Shown: positions 33,269 through 43,800 of the stretch, one piece after another
How positions within the stretch are numbered: position 1 is the stretch's first letter
Layout: every line of letters starts with the position of its first letter
NCBI GenBank assembly: GCA_002269645.1
Contig: NIVC01001904.1
Location: 1 to 48,149 of the forward strand
Length of the DNA stretch: 48,149 nucleotides
Origin: Macrostomum lignano
Taxonomy: Eukaryota
Reading direction: 5' to 3'
Program-made: the position numbers and the translations under genes
The notes under the pieces: model-generated
Database searches by the model: none
Told to the model about the DNA's origin: nothing
The model's input: the letters and a program-made list of their open reading frames with translations, nothing else

Positions 33269-34392
33269 CGCAAATAAAAAATCAAACTGTAAAGACTTCA
33301 ATTTAGATTGTAGAACGATATACGCTTGATACCAGGCAAGCGACTGAGATTTATATTTTAAACATTGACCACGATACATTGGGTGGATGAGGCTTTAGGG
33401 TGGAGAGCAAGAGCGGCCAGAATGCAGAGCGTACATGAGTAAGAATGTACAGTGAAATATTGTAGAAAGGCGCACGCAACGAAACAGGTAACGAGTAAAA
33501 CACCACTCCAAAATTCTGAATAAAAACAAGCTAACAAAAGTAACAAAAATTTGCCCAGCCAAGTCACCACACAAACGATACAGCTTTGTGTTCGAGCAGG
33601 CGTTTTAAAGCAGGCAAATTTAGGTTAACTATGCAAGGCAGCAAATATATGGACGTTAAAGACGGCATCTCTTTTTTGAAAGCAAAATTAGCATCCGAAA
33701 TGCTATCAAGCAGACAATTGGTTTACAGAACAAATAGCTTGTGCAGAAGCTCACGATGCCGTATTGTCCTTCACGCAAGACTCAGTCTAGCAATAGCCTA
33801 CCAGTACAGCTCATTGTCTAAAAAAGTGTAGAAATGTACAAATCTGCTCTAGCTATACTAGATTAGATAGATTACTCGGAGAATCTAGAGTAGATTCCTA
33901 TGTCCCGCTAAGGTGCCTAATACAAAGGCAGACCCAAAGAACTAGCAGATTCGAAGGCTTACCAGCCGCGATTTTTGGTAGTTCGAACCCCAAACGGCGC
34001 CGACACGGGGCAGCGGAATTCTTCCCGTATTTGTATTTCTTCTGGTATTTCGTTTTACACACGCTACTCAGCGGCAGGGGCGCGCAATTCAATGGGCACA
34101 CTACGCTACAGTACAACAAGTCACCGGAGAGCCACGAGCACGACGAGAATAGGGGTCTCACGGGGTCTGAATAAATAGACAGCAAACTGGGGTCGAGGGC
34201 ACAGAATATACACAGAAATTCAAGCATTTTTGTTTAAAAAATCGGTGCAAGAATTGAAATCACACCAGCCTACTCTTGTTGTGAAGCTTTGATAAGTAGG
34301 GCTTGAGTTTTTGCCATAGACTATTCTAAGAGCGAATTTTATTCTTTGCTTTCAAATGAAAATTAAGTTCAGTCTGAGCTTTTCTGCGCAGC

Positions 34393-34499
34393 ATGGCTGG
34401 AAAATCCAGACTCCAGTGCGCAGTCTATGGATGCCCAAACTGTGCCTACAAGTGCCCTCCGGACACCCGATTTCATCGATTTCCGTCAAGCCGCGAGAG
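34393..34499 (+). CDS. THAP zinc-finger first exon (MAGKSRLQCAVYGCPNCAYKCPPDTRFHRFPSSRE); no continuation found
   Basis: Canonical THAP N-half CAVYGCxN..FHRFP; ATG start; GTGAGT donor at 34500. Not present in the ORF track because it is too short. Confidence 0.7.
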
Positions 34500-34517
34500 G
34501 TGAGTAAACTTATTATA

Positions 34518-34674
34518 TGAGGGGTCTTTCAAAAGTTCGTAGAAAAGCCATCTCCCCTTAAACATATGCCCTTGAAAATTTTCCATTCTCCAAGTTTTCC
34601 AAGGAGCAGTCAAGAGCCATTTGACTACGAACTAAGTCTACAACCAAGTCTACGAACTTTTGAAATACCCCTCG
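34518..34674. mobile_element. 157-bp Tc1/mariner MITE with 26-bp TIRs and TA TSD
   Basis: Left end TGAGGGGTCTTTCAAAAGTTCGTAGA; reverse complement of right end CGAGGGGTATTTCAAAAGTTCGTAGA (2 mismatches). TA at 34516-17 and 34675-76. The CGAGGGGT..TCAAAA terminus resembles irritans/Hsmar2-type mariners. Confidence 0.85.
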
Positions 34675-35867
34675 TACAACTGGCATCGCAACCTTGCTGA
34701 CCGAGTTTCAGGCCAAAGTAACAGCAAGTGCAAGTGCGCCCAGTCCTGGTCCGCAGGGCGATGGTCTGATTTCAGCAGACTCCACTGAGGAAGCTCAGTT
34801 TAACTGAGAAGTTTAACTGTGATGCGAATGAATTCTGCTTAACTGGAGTTCTTCAGAGTGTTTGGTTTGTTAAGATGATAAAATACGAAGAAATGATAAA
34901 ATTTTACATTTGGTCCTCCAGGTAGGATCTCTGACTGCCTGCGAGACTTTGCTAAATTATTCTTCGCTAATTTATACTACTGGCCATAGACTTCACAACA
35001 AGAGTAGTGCACACGAATTTTAATTCGGCTTCATGGAAATCGCTCGATTTGGCATTCTGTGTATATTCTGTGGTCGAGGGTGCGAGAGAAAGACGGCTTA
35101 GACAGCTCATGGGACCAAGACGAGAGGTGCCAGCCAATCACCGAGAGCGCAGCACGGCAGACTGGGACTGGCAGCCAATCAAAACTACTGGGACGGACGC
35201 GGCAGCTTGACTTACACACAACAGAAATGGGGGGGGGGCACGCAAAGAATTGGGGTTGAATAAAACGGACAAGACCTAGGCAGAGGGGGTTAAGGGGTAC
35301 GCACGCGCCAGATGCCTCACTTGCTGCTCTAACGACGCATTAATCGATTTTTAATGTTAAATTGGTCTTACTGGAAAAAAACGTTTAAAATAATGACAAG
35401 ACCATGAGCCTTGCCCTTGGCTTTAAAAATTTCGCTCCATAAAAATGTGAGCCCCATGTCGCTCACCCTCCTGCGAATATCAATCTGGCTCTGCAACACT
35501 CAGCAAGAAGAACAATGCTAATGCCACAATTACAGGTTTAAGTATTACTCAAGTATGGCTCCGTCAATTCCGCAAACTAACAAGCCTGCAAAAATACTTC
35601 TGACTCGTATGCAAATTCGTACTTACAAAAATTACTTTTACCTTTAATTCAAGCACTCACTGAACCCCTCCTGGCCCGTCTGTCTGTGCACTCGTGCTGG
35701 ATCAGTCACGGCACAGTTGAATACTTTGTAAATGAAAATAATATGACATCAATTTCTCAAGCCAAAAGCTATCAAAGCTCGCTTCATATAATCTTCGATG
35801 TTTGTTTTAAAAGTTTCTGAGAATTTCATACCTTCATTTTAGCTTCAGGCACTCTATAGAAAAACTC

Positions 35868-36312
35868 ATCTCAAACTCCGGATGTCTCAAATGTCCATCT
35901 CAAACTCCGGATGTCTCAAATGTCCATCTCAAACTCCGGATGTCTCAAATGTCCATCTCAAACTCCGGAAATCTCAAATGTCCATCTCAAACTCCGGAAA
36001 TCTCAAATGTCCATCTCAAACTCCGGAAATCTCAAATGTCCATCTCAAACTCCGGATGTCTCAAATGTCCATCTCAAGCTCCGGAAATCTCAAATGTCCA
36101 TCTCAAACTCCGGATGTCTCAAATGTCCATCTCAAACTCCGGATGTCTCAAATGTCCATTTCAAACTCCGGATGTCTCAAATGTCCATCCCAAACTCCGG
36201 AAATCTCAAATGTCCATCTCACACTCCGGAAATCTCAAATGTCCACCTCAAACTCAGGAAATCTCAAATGTCCATCTCAAACTCCGGAAATCTCAAATGT
36301 CCATCTCAAACT
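35868..36312. repeat. 29-bp minisatellite TCAAACTCCGGATGTCTCAAATGTCCATC, about 15 copies
   Basis: Visible array; identical ORF starts are offset by 29 nt (35882/35911/35940). Confidence 0.95.
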
Positions 36313-36407
36313 TCAGAGTTAGCGTTCATGAATCTCATTCTTAATTCATTCTATCTTAATCATAGACCATGAAGTTCAACCCATGGAGGAGGAGAATTCT
36401 TTCCTCC

Positions 36408-36935
36408 ATGGTTGAACCAAAGAGTATTGAGGTCGCCTAGTATAGAGTGCCAATAAGGATGAAAATCTGAAGCCGACTTTTAGAATCCACCCACCCCTTC
36501 CGGTCACCAAGCTTTTTAGTCTATGGCACAAGTTGTGGCTAGAATGGTGTACAAAGCCGATGCTTAAGATTAATACAGATGCATCAGAAACGCAGTTATT
36601 GCAATTAGCTACCGCGCACTTTAGTGGCAAGGCTGTTGTTTTTCAGACGTAAGGGCTATATGGCATGGCTGTTACGGAGTTGTGTATCGACGACGGCAAC
36701 TGAGTCTGGTGACTGAGCGATGTTGTCTTGCTTATTTGATACATGCATTTTCTAAGTGTGAAATGTCTTATATTTCTGAGCATCGGCCTTGTACACCATT
36801 CTAGCCACAACTTGTGCCATAGACTAAAAAGCTTGGTGACCGGAGGGGGTGGGTGGATTCTAAAAATCGGCTTCAGATTTTCAACCTTATTGGCACTCTC
36901 TACTAGGCGACCTCAATACTCTTTGGTTCAACCAT
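36408..36935. mobile_element. Foldback element: inverted arms of about 160 bp around a spacer of about 200 bp that contains a THAP-like start
   Basis: ORFs 36376-36630(-) and 36743-36991(+) encode near-identical peptides (HHSSHNLCHRLKSLVTG..RRPQYSLVQP). The spacer reads PLKCAVANCNN on the - strand. No TSD seen. Confidence 0.6.
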
Positions 36936-37204
36936 ACACTGTAGACAAAATCAATCGTGCACTTTATTTTTGTTGTCTTTTCAATTTATAAAAATAAATT
37001 TCAATCCTGCACCTATGCTGCATTAGACTTCAAGGAGATTTTGCCATAGACAAAATCAGTTCTGCGCGCTAGAGCGTGCAAGATCAGCAATTCTGCACGC
37101 AGAATCAAATAAGAATGGATGAGTTGACAATCTGATACATATATTAGCGAATTATTTCACACTGAAAATCATTATAAGTTTAATTGGCTTTAAAAACTGA
37201 AGAC

Positions 37205-37397
37205 ATGGAGCTCTCAGACGAATGCCGAGACTGCGCCAAGGACAGCACGGATCCGGAGATCACGAAACGCCGCTATCGTTGCATCAATCCGGAATGGTTC
37301 GCACCCAACATTCGGCTTCGACTGCCGTGCTTCCTGCCCAGGGGATTCTTTCTGATTACACACGAGTGAGTATTGTCTTACAGACAAACAGACAGGC

Positions 37398-37486
<89 letters not shown>

Positions 37487-37489
37487 CTA

Positions 37490-37526
<37 letters not shown>

Positions 37527-38965
37527 GGCAGGCAGGCAGAATGTACTCCCTTAAGAAATCATATACCAAGCGATGCGCCAACCACGTGCCACCGCTGCAG
37601 CGTGGAGGTGAACATGCTGTTTCAGACGCAGACCGACAAGATTGAGGTTTTCACATTCGTGAAGTGCCTGTTCCAGGAGCACAACGCTCTGATTAGGGGC
37701 AGCAGGAGTCGGGCTCTGTTCATTGAGACAGCCTACCTGTTCTGCATGGATGTGAGTGCCTCATAGTTGGCTATGCTAAAAAATATCCTTGCTTCCTTGT
37801 AAAACAGCCTTGCGATTAAATTTCACCCAGGTAGCCGAGAGCGCCATCTCGTCGAACTTCTTCATGTACATACCGAAGTCGCACTACAGGCGCTATTTGG
37901 AAGATGTGCCAATTTTGATGAAAGCAAAAGTCTGCATCATCATCGACTATCACAGGAGCCTGGCTTATCGATTTGGTAATTTTTTATCGAGATTGTTGAT
38001 CTTAACTAAGTGTAAAATGACAAAACAAATGACCCCAACATCACCAGGCATTCGCGTCAGCAAGCTCACGGATGAGTCCGACCGCGGCACCGAGAGCACC
38101 AGGAACTCCCAGGTCGAGTCCACCATGGACCGACCGACCGTCCGCTTCCACCGGAACCGCGCCGCGGTGGAATTCATCCAGGAGGGCCGGGCCTGCACCA
38201 TCGCTGGTGAGTCAGCTGCTATGGAATTTGCTGAAGCTGAGCTGCCCTTCAAATCCGCAAAATGACCGGAAATGCCTATTGGGGTCTGAAAAAATTAAAG
38301 TATTACACTCACAGGCAGTATTACACTCACAGGTAGTATTACATTCACAGGCAGTATTACACTCACAGGCAGTATTACACTCACAGGCAGTATTACACTC
38401 GCAGGCAGTATTACACTCACAGGCAGTATTACATTCACAGGCAGTATTACACTCACAGGTAGTATTACATTCACAGGCAGTATTACACTCACAGGTAGTA
38501 TTACATTCACAGGCAGTATTACACTCACAGGCAGTATTACACTCACAGGCAGTATTACACTCACAGGCAGTATTACACTCACAGGCAGTATTACATTCAC
38601 AGGCAGTATTACACTCACAGGCAGTATTACACTCACAGGCAGTATTACACTCGCAGGCAGTATTACACTCACAGGCAGTATTACACTCGCAGGCAGTATT
38701 ACACTCACAGGCAGTAATAAACTCACAGGTAGTATTACATTCACAGGCAGTATTACACTCACAGGCAGTATTACACTCACAGGCAGTTTTACACTCACAG
38801 GCAGTATTACACTCACAGGCAGTAATACACTCACAGGCAGTATTACACTCACAAGCAGTATTACATCTCACAGGCAGTATTACATTCGTACACATTGCAG
38901 ACATTATCGCCACAAACAGGGCCATCCAGTCCAAAAGGAACACGGACCCGTTGCGGCACCCGTGA
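37205..38965 (+). CDS. Unidentified multi-exon gene (exons about 37205-37365, 37532/37540-37751, 37831-37975, 38048-38206, tentative 38874-38965)
   Basis: Coding-like exons bounded by GTGAGT/GTAAT donors and YAG acceptors, e.g. VNMLFQTQTDKIEVFTFVKRLFQEHN..AYLFCMD|VAESAISSNFFMYIPKSHYRRYLEDVP..|GIRVSKL..RFHRNRAAVEFIQEGRACTIA. Family not recognised; the exon-2 reading frame is ambiguous. Confidence 0.55.
37380..37539. repeat. (CAGA)n microsatellite forming almost the whole of intron 1
   Basis: Visible. Confidence 0.95.
38300..38886. repeat. 18-bp minisatellite ACACTCACAGGCAGTATT, about 32 copies
   Basis: Visible array; 6-aa periodic ORFs. Confidence 0.95.
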
Positions 38966-39249
38966 CTCGGACCAGTCAGTGTGGTTCATCTGTCAATGAC
39001 AAGCAAAGCGATTCTGACTGTCTACTGAGCAGCTTTTCAATTAGCAAGCTGCAGGTGAATTCTAGCCTCGACAACTTTTTATGCCAAGAGCTAGGGAGAC
39101 AGTTTAATACTCTGAGTCTAATTGTTTTGCATTGATTACCATCGTATTGCAGCATGCAAAATAGTTGCCGAAATTCTATAATTCTCAGAAGCTACAAATA
39201 CGTACATTGATAAAAATTATTAGCGTTTCATGGCGGATAAAAAACCTTT

Positions 39250-39897
39250 GCTGAGAGGTGGTTTTTGAGAGGATGGGTTCTGAGAGGGTGGGTTCTGAGA
39301 GGGTGGGTTCTGAGAGGGTGGGTTCTGAGAGGTTGGGTTATGAAAGGGTGGGTTTCTGAGTGGATGGGTTCTGAGAGGGTGGGTTCTGAGAGGTTGAGTT
39401 CTGAGAGGTTGAGTTCTGAGAGGGTGGGTTCTGAGAGAATGGATTCTGAGAATGGGTTCTGAGAGGGTGGGTTCTGAGAGGATGGGTTCTGAGAGGTGGT
39501 TCTGAGAGGGTGGGTTCTGAGAGAATGGATTCTGAGAAGGTGGGTTCTGAGAGGGTGGGTTCTGAGAGGATGGGTTCTGAGAGGGTGGGTTCTGAGAGGG
39601 TGGGTTCTGAGAGGGTGGGTTCTGAGAGGGGGGGTTCTGAGAGGGTGGGTTCTGAGAGGGTGGATTCTGAGAGGGTGGGTTCTGAGAGGATGGGTTCTGA
39701 GAGGGTGGGTTCTGAGAGGATGGGTTCTGAGAGGGTGGGTTCTGAGAGGGTGGATTCTGAGAGGGTGGGTTCTGAGAGGGTGGGTTCTGAGAGGGTGGGT
39801 TCTGAGAGGGTGAGTTCTGAGAGGGTGGATTCTGAGAGGGTGGGTTCTGAGAGGGTGAGTTCTGAGAGGGTGAGTTCTGAGAGCTGGTGGGTTCTGA
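39250..39897. repeat. 15-bp minisatellite GAGAGGGTGGGTTCT, about 42 copies
   Basis: Visible array; 5-aa periodic ORFs. Confidence 0.95.
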
Positions 39898-40883
39898 AAG
39901 GAAGGGTTACAAAAGGTTTGAATCCGAGATACAAAACATGAACGAGTACGGGACAACACAGATACTTGTTGTTGAATTCAACCAAATCACTGCAAAAAAG
40001 TTTTCTATTTTTTTAGCCTTGACACTGCAGGATGCGCTGCAATGCAAATATTGTTTTGAAAAAACAAATCGACTTAAAATGTGTAGTGAAGGGAATTAGT
40101 ACGATTCGGATTGGCAATGAATAAAAAGACGCTAAAATTTGCAGAGGGGCTACAAGAATCAATTAGAAAATAGTCCAGCTCAGCCGTTTCTGCAGAGCTC
40201 ACTGGTACAATATTTCTGATATTCGCGGCAACCATAAACAAAGGTAGACTCAAATAGCAAAGATACTTTCAAAGCATTCGTTAAATATAACATAGAAAGC
40301 CATGAGCGCTTGAATAAGCCTTGAACAAAGTTGCCGAAGGCACATTGGTGTGTGTGTGTGTGTGTGTTTGTGTGTGTGTTTGGCAGTAGTTGATGTACGT
40401 ATGGGCATCCCAATATTTGACACGTGTTGCCAATCCGTTAATTAGCTGTCATGTTAGTAGTTTACAACAAAAATTAGTTTGTACTTCAATTTAAGGTGCT
40501 CATAGCGCTGTGAAATGTCGTTTGTGTCACACCGAGAGGGACAACTCACTGACCAAAAACGGTAATAGCAACAAAAAGACTGTGATACACGTGCATGCAA
40601 TATTGCACAAGCTTGTGCCATACATTTTCGAGAGTATCTATTCATATCGAAATGTTCAGTAAATAGATAGAACTGTGCTGAAAACTGAGGATTTTCAAAA
40701 AAAGGCTGAGGATCTGAGGCCTGAGCTTAGATATCAGTTCTGAGACTGGGGCGTGTGAGGTTCAATCACTCCCAAACCGCTGATTTGGCGAACTTGCGAA
40801 GAATCTCTGAAAAAGAATGTGAAACAAGTTGAATAGTGTAAGGTTTAATGACACAGGTTTGCAGATTCTTTGTAAACCTGTCC

Positions 40884-43800
40884 TTACCTAGCAGAAACAG
40901 GGCTATTGCTGCTGAAGTCTGCGCAAGCCCCTAAATAAGGCCTTGCTTGAAAGTGATCCTGGACCTGGAGACTTTCCGGTGTAAGATAAGCCGACAGATC
41001 GCCTACTGATAGCCTAAAATTAAAAAAGTAATGTGCTTTGCTTACCTTTGCTAATAAACAAATTAAGATTTCATGCATGTGATACAGGATTCTGTCATAC
41101 CTGCTACCGGTATTGGGTCCTAGGCCTCGCTCAGCTCTCAGACGCTCTCCGAGTTCCCGAATTTCCCTGTCGTGCGAGAGCAGCATGAAGTCTAGCGCGC
41201 AATCTCCATTGTGGTTAGCGAGCGTCGGAGAGGCTTCCTTGTCCAACAGAGCCTGGACGCACTGAACTGACCGCTGCTGCACAGCAAGCATCAGTGGTGT
41301 CACTCCATCTTTATTCTTTGCGTCGACTGTAGCTCCTTCTGTCAGCAAAGCCTCAACTTCAATCTGATTAGATTTGTAAGCAGCCCAGTGAAGAGCAGTG
41401 CTCTGAGTCTCATTCTGATGGCTTGCATTTACATGGCAGTTTTCCAGTAAAAACTTGGCTGCCTCCGTGTTGCCGTGAAGCACAGCCAGCATGAGGGGTG
41501 TGTCGCCGTGCGCGTCAATGGAATCGAAAAATTCTTCATTGGACGAGTGCTGCTTTAAATAGAAAAGAATCTCCTTGTTGCCTCCAATGGCAGCTAAGTG
41601 GGCGGCGTTTCTTCGCAACAAATTTCGATCGTTAAGACTACAACCAAGCTTTCCGTGCAACACCTCCAGTAGCCGGGTCCTTCCCAGAACAATGGATTGT
41701 AGGAGGGGCGTGTCTCCATTCACATCCGGTTCTTTCGCCCGGACTCCGGGGTCACTAATCAAGTGCAGCAGAATCTGCTCGTGACCAGCTGCAACAGCTT
41801 CGTGCACGAGCGTATAGCCGCGCTTTGTTTTCACCCCGAGACTGCAGCCGATTTTCTCGAGCTTCCGAAAAATGTGATAATTGCCTACTCTGACGGCAAG
41901 CGTTAGTGCAGTTTCTCCGTTCTGATTTGCTTCATTTAGGAGCCTTTTATTCTCTTCTGTGCTCTGATTGTCCCGGATCAGCATCAGTGAAGCAAATATT
42001 GACTGCCACTGGCTATCACAGCATCACGAATTTGCCCTGACTGTTTCTTACAAACTCGCGTCGCTGAAGACTCCTGAGCGCTGCTGCCTGACCAGTAGAC
42101 GCCAAATGGCAAAATAAGGACTCGCAGACGCTGTCACTGTGATTTCTCAGGTGCATCGTCACGGCGAACCGGCTGTTTCCTGAGCGAGCCGCCAATTCCA
42201 GCATTGAGCGGCCATCTCTAACCGCAAGTTGTGGGTTCCAGCCCTTTTCAACCAGCAGCTGGTACATCTCTTCGTTGCCTATTCGCGCGGCTAGGTGCAA
42301 GGCGGTTTCTTCATAACAATTTTTGGCATCCTTTAAAAAGTCGAATTCAGACAAAAGCCACCGTAGGGTGCTCAGTTTGGATTCAGAAACCGCCACGTGA
42401 AGCAAGGTGTTTTTGTTATTGTTCACGTCGTTCTTTGATTCCGGGTGCTTCCGCAAAATCTCGCGGGCCAAATCAATTTGGCCAAATCGAATAGCGGTCA
42501 GCAAGGGCGTGTACCCCTTAGCATCTTTGACTGTAACGCTTGCACCTCTGCTGAGCAGTTCATTAATAAGACTACTGCGACAAGTTTCTATTGCCAAGTG
42601 GAGTAAATTCCACTGACTTTCGCGCCTGTCTACTGGTACACCCAAATCGAGCAACTCTGTTAAGTTCTTATTCTTTCGAGAGCGAATGTTAGTACGAAAG
42701 ACTTCGAAATTCGGAGACAATGTGTCGGCCGATAGACGAGCACCCGTTTGTAAGAGCAAATCGATGATACTCCGACTGCCCCGAAAGAATGCCTCCGCTA
42801 ATACAGAGACTCCATCCTTGCTGACCACATTCACGTCTGCACTTTTGGCTAATAAAAGTTGGCAAATTTCAAAGCCTTTTGAAGCCGATAAAGCGCCAAA
42901 TATCGGTGTCTTTCCATTTCCATCAATAGCATTCGGATCAGCTCCGTATTCGAGCAGCAACTCAACAATATCAAGCTTTAAATTGCGGCATGCGACATGG
43001 AGGGGCGTTTCAAAGTCGCCATTTCTGGCATGCAGAAGGGATTCATTCTTCTCAATTAGGCTTTTAGCAATCTTCTTTGAACCTCCTTTACAAGCAAAGT
43101 GAAGGAGAGTGTTCTTCAGTGAGTAGACTTTCACTGAGTCTTCGTCAGTAATTGGCCAGATTTTTGACAAAACATCTTCATCACCGCGCAGGCACGCAAT
43201 GGAGACAGCCGAATCACCATCATTGTTTGTGTGTCTTTTTTCCAAGCCAAAATCGATTAGTAGGCCAACTAATTCTGCACTGGCCTTTGCTGCTGCCAGT
43301 GTCAAGCACGAGTCACCTGACTTAGTTACCGTGTCGATAGGGAACTTCTTTTCGATTAAAACCTTCAGAATTTCGAGCTTGTTACACCTGCACGCCAGGT
43401 GAGCAGCACTGAGACCGTCTTCTGTTTCGGTGTCTTTGCTGCACCCGTTGGCGATTAATATCTGCACCATGCTATCGGCCGCAGCCTTGCCCACCTCTAT
43501 GGCAATCAAGAGAGGTGTCCAACCGTTTGACTTCCGATTGTTCACGTCGCATCCAGCGCTAATTAGATCAGACAGAAGCTCGCTATTCTGGCCAATGATT
43601 GCATACTCAAGCGCAGTCTTGCCGTAGTTATCTTTAGCTGTCACAAAGTTCAGGTCTGGTACCGTCGTTAAGAGAATTTTCACAGTTTCCCTTGACCCAG
43701 CCAGCGCCGCCAGCATCAGGCTCGTGATTCCTGCCGAGTCAATGCAGCAAATGGAGACGTTTTTCTCCACCAGCTTCTGTAGAACTTCAAGTCCACCTGC

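Noticed and set aside
38212-38943. Cys-rich (CECNTA)n ORF resembling a metallothionein-like protein
   Set aside because: Antisense translation of the 18-bp array.
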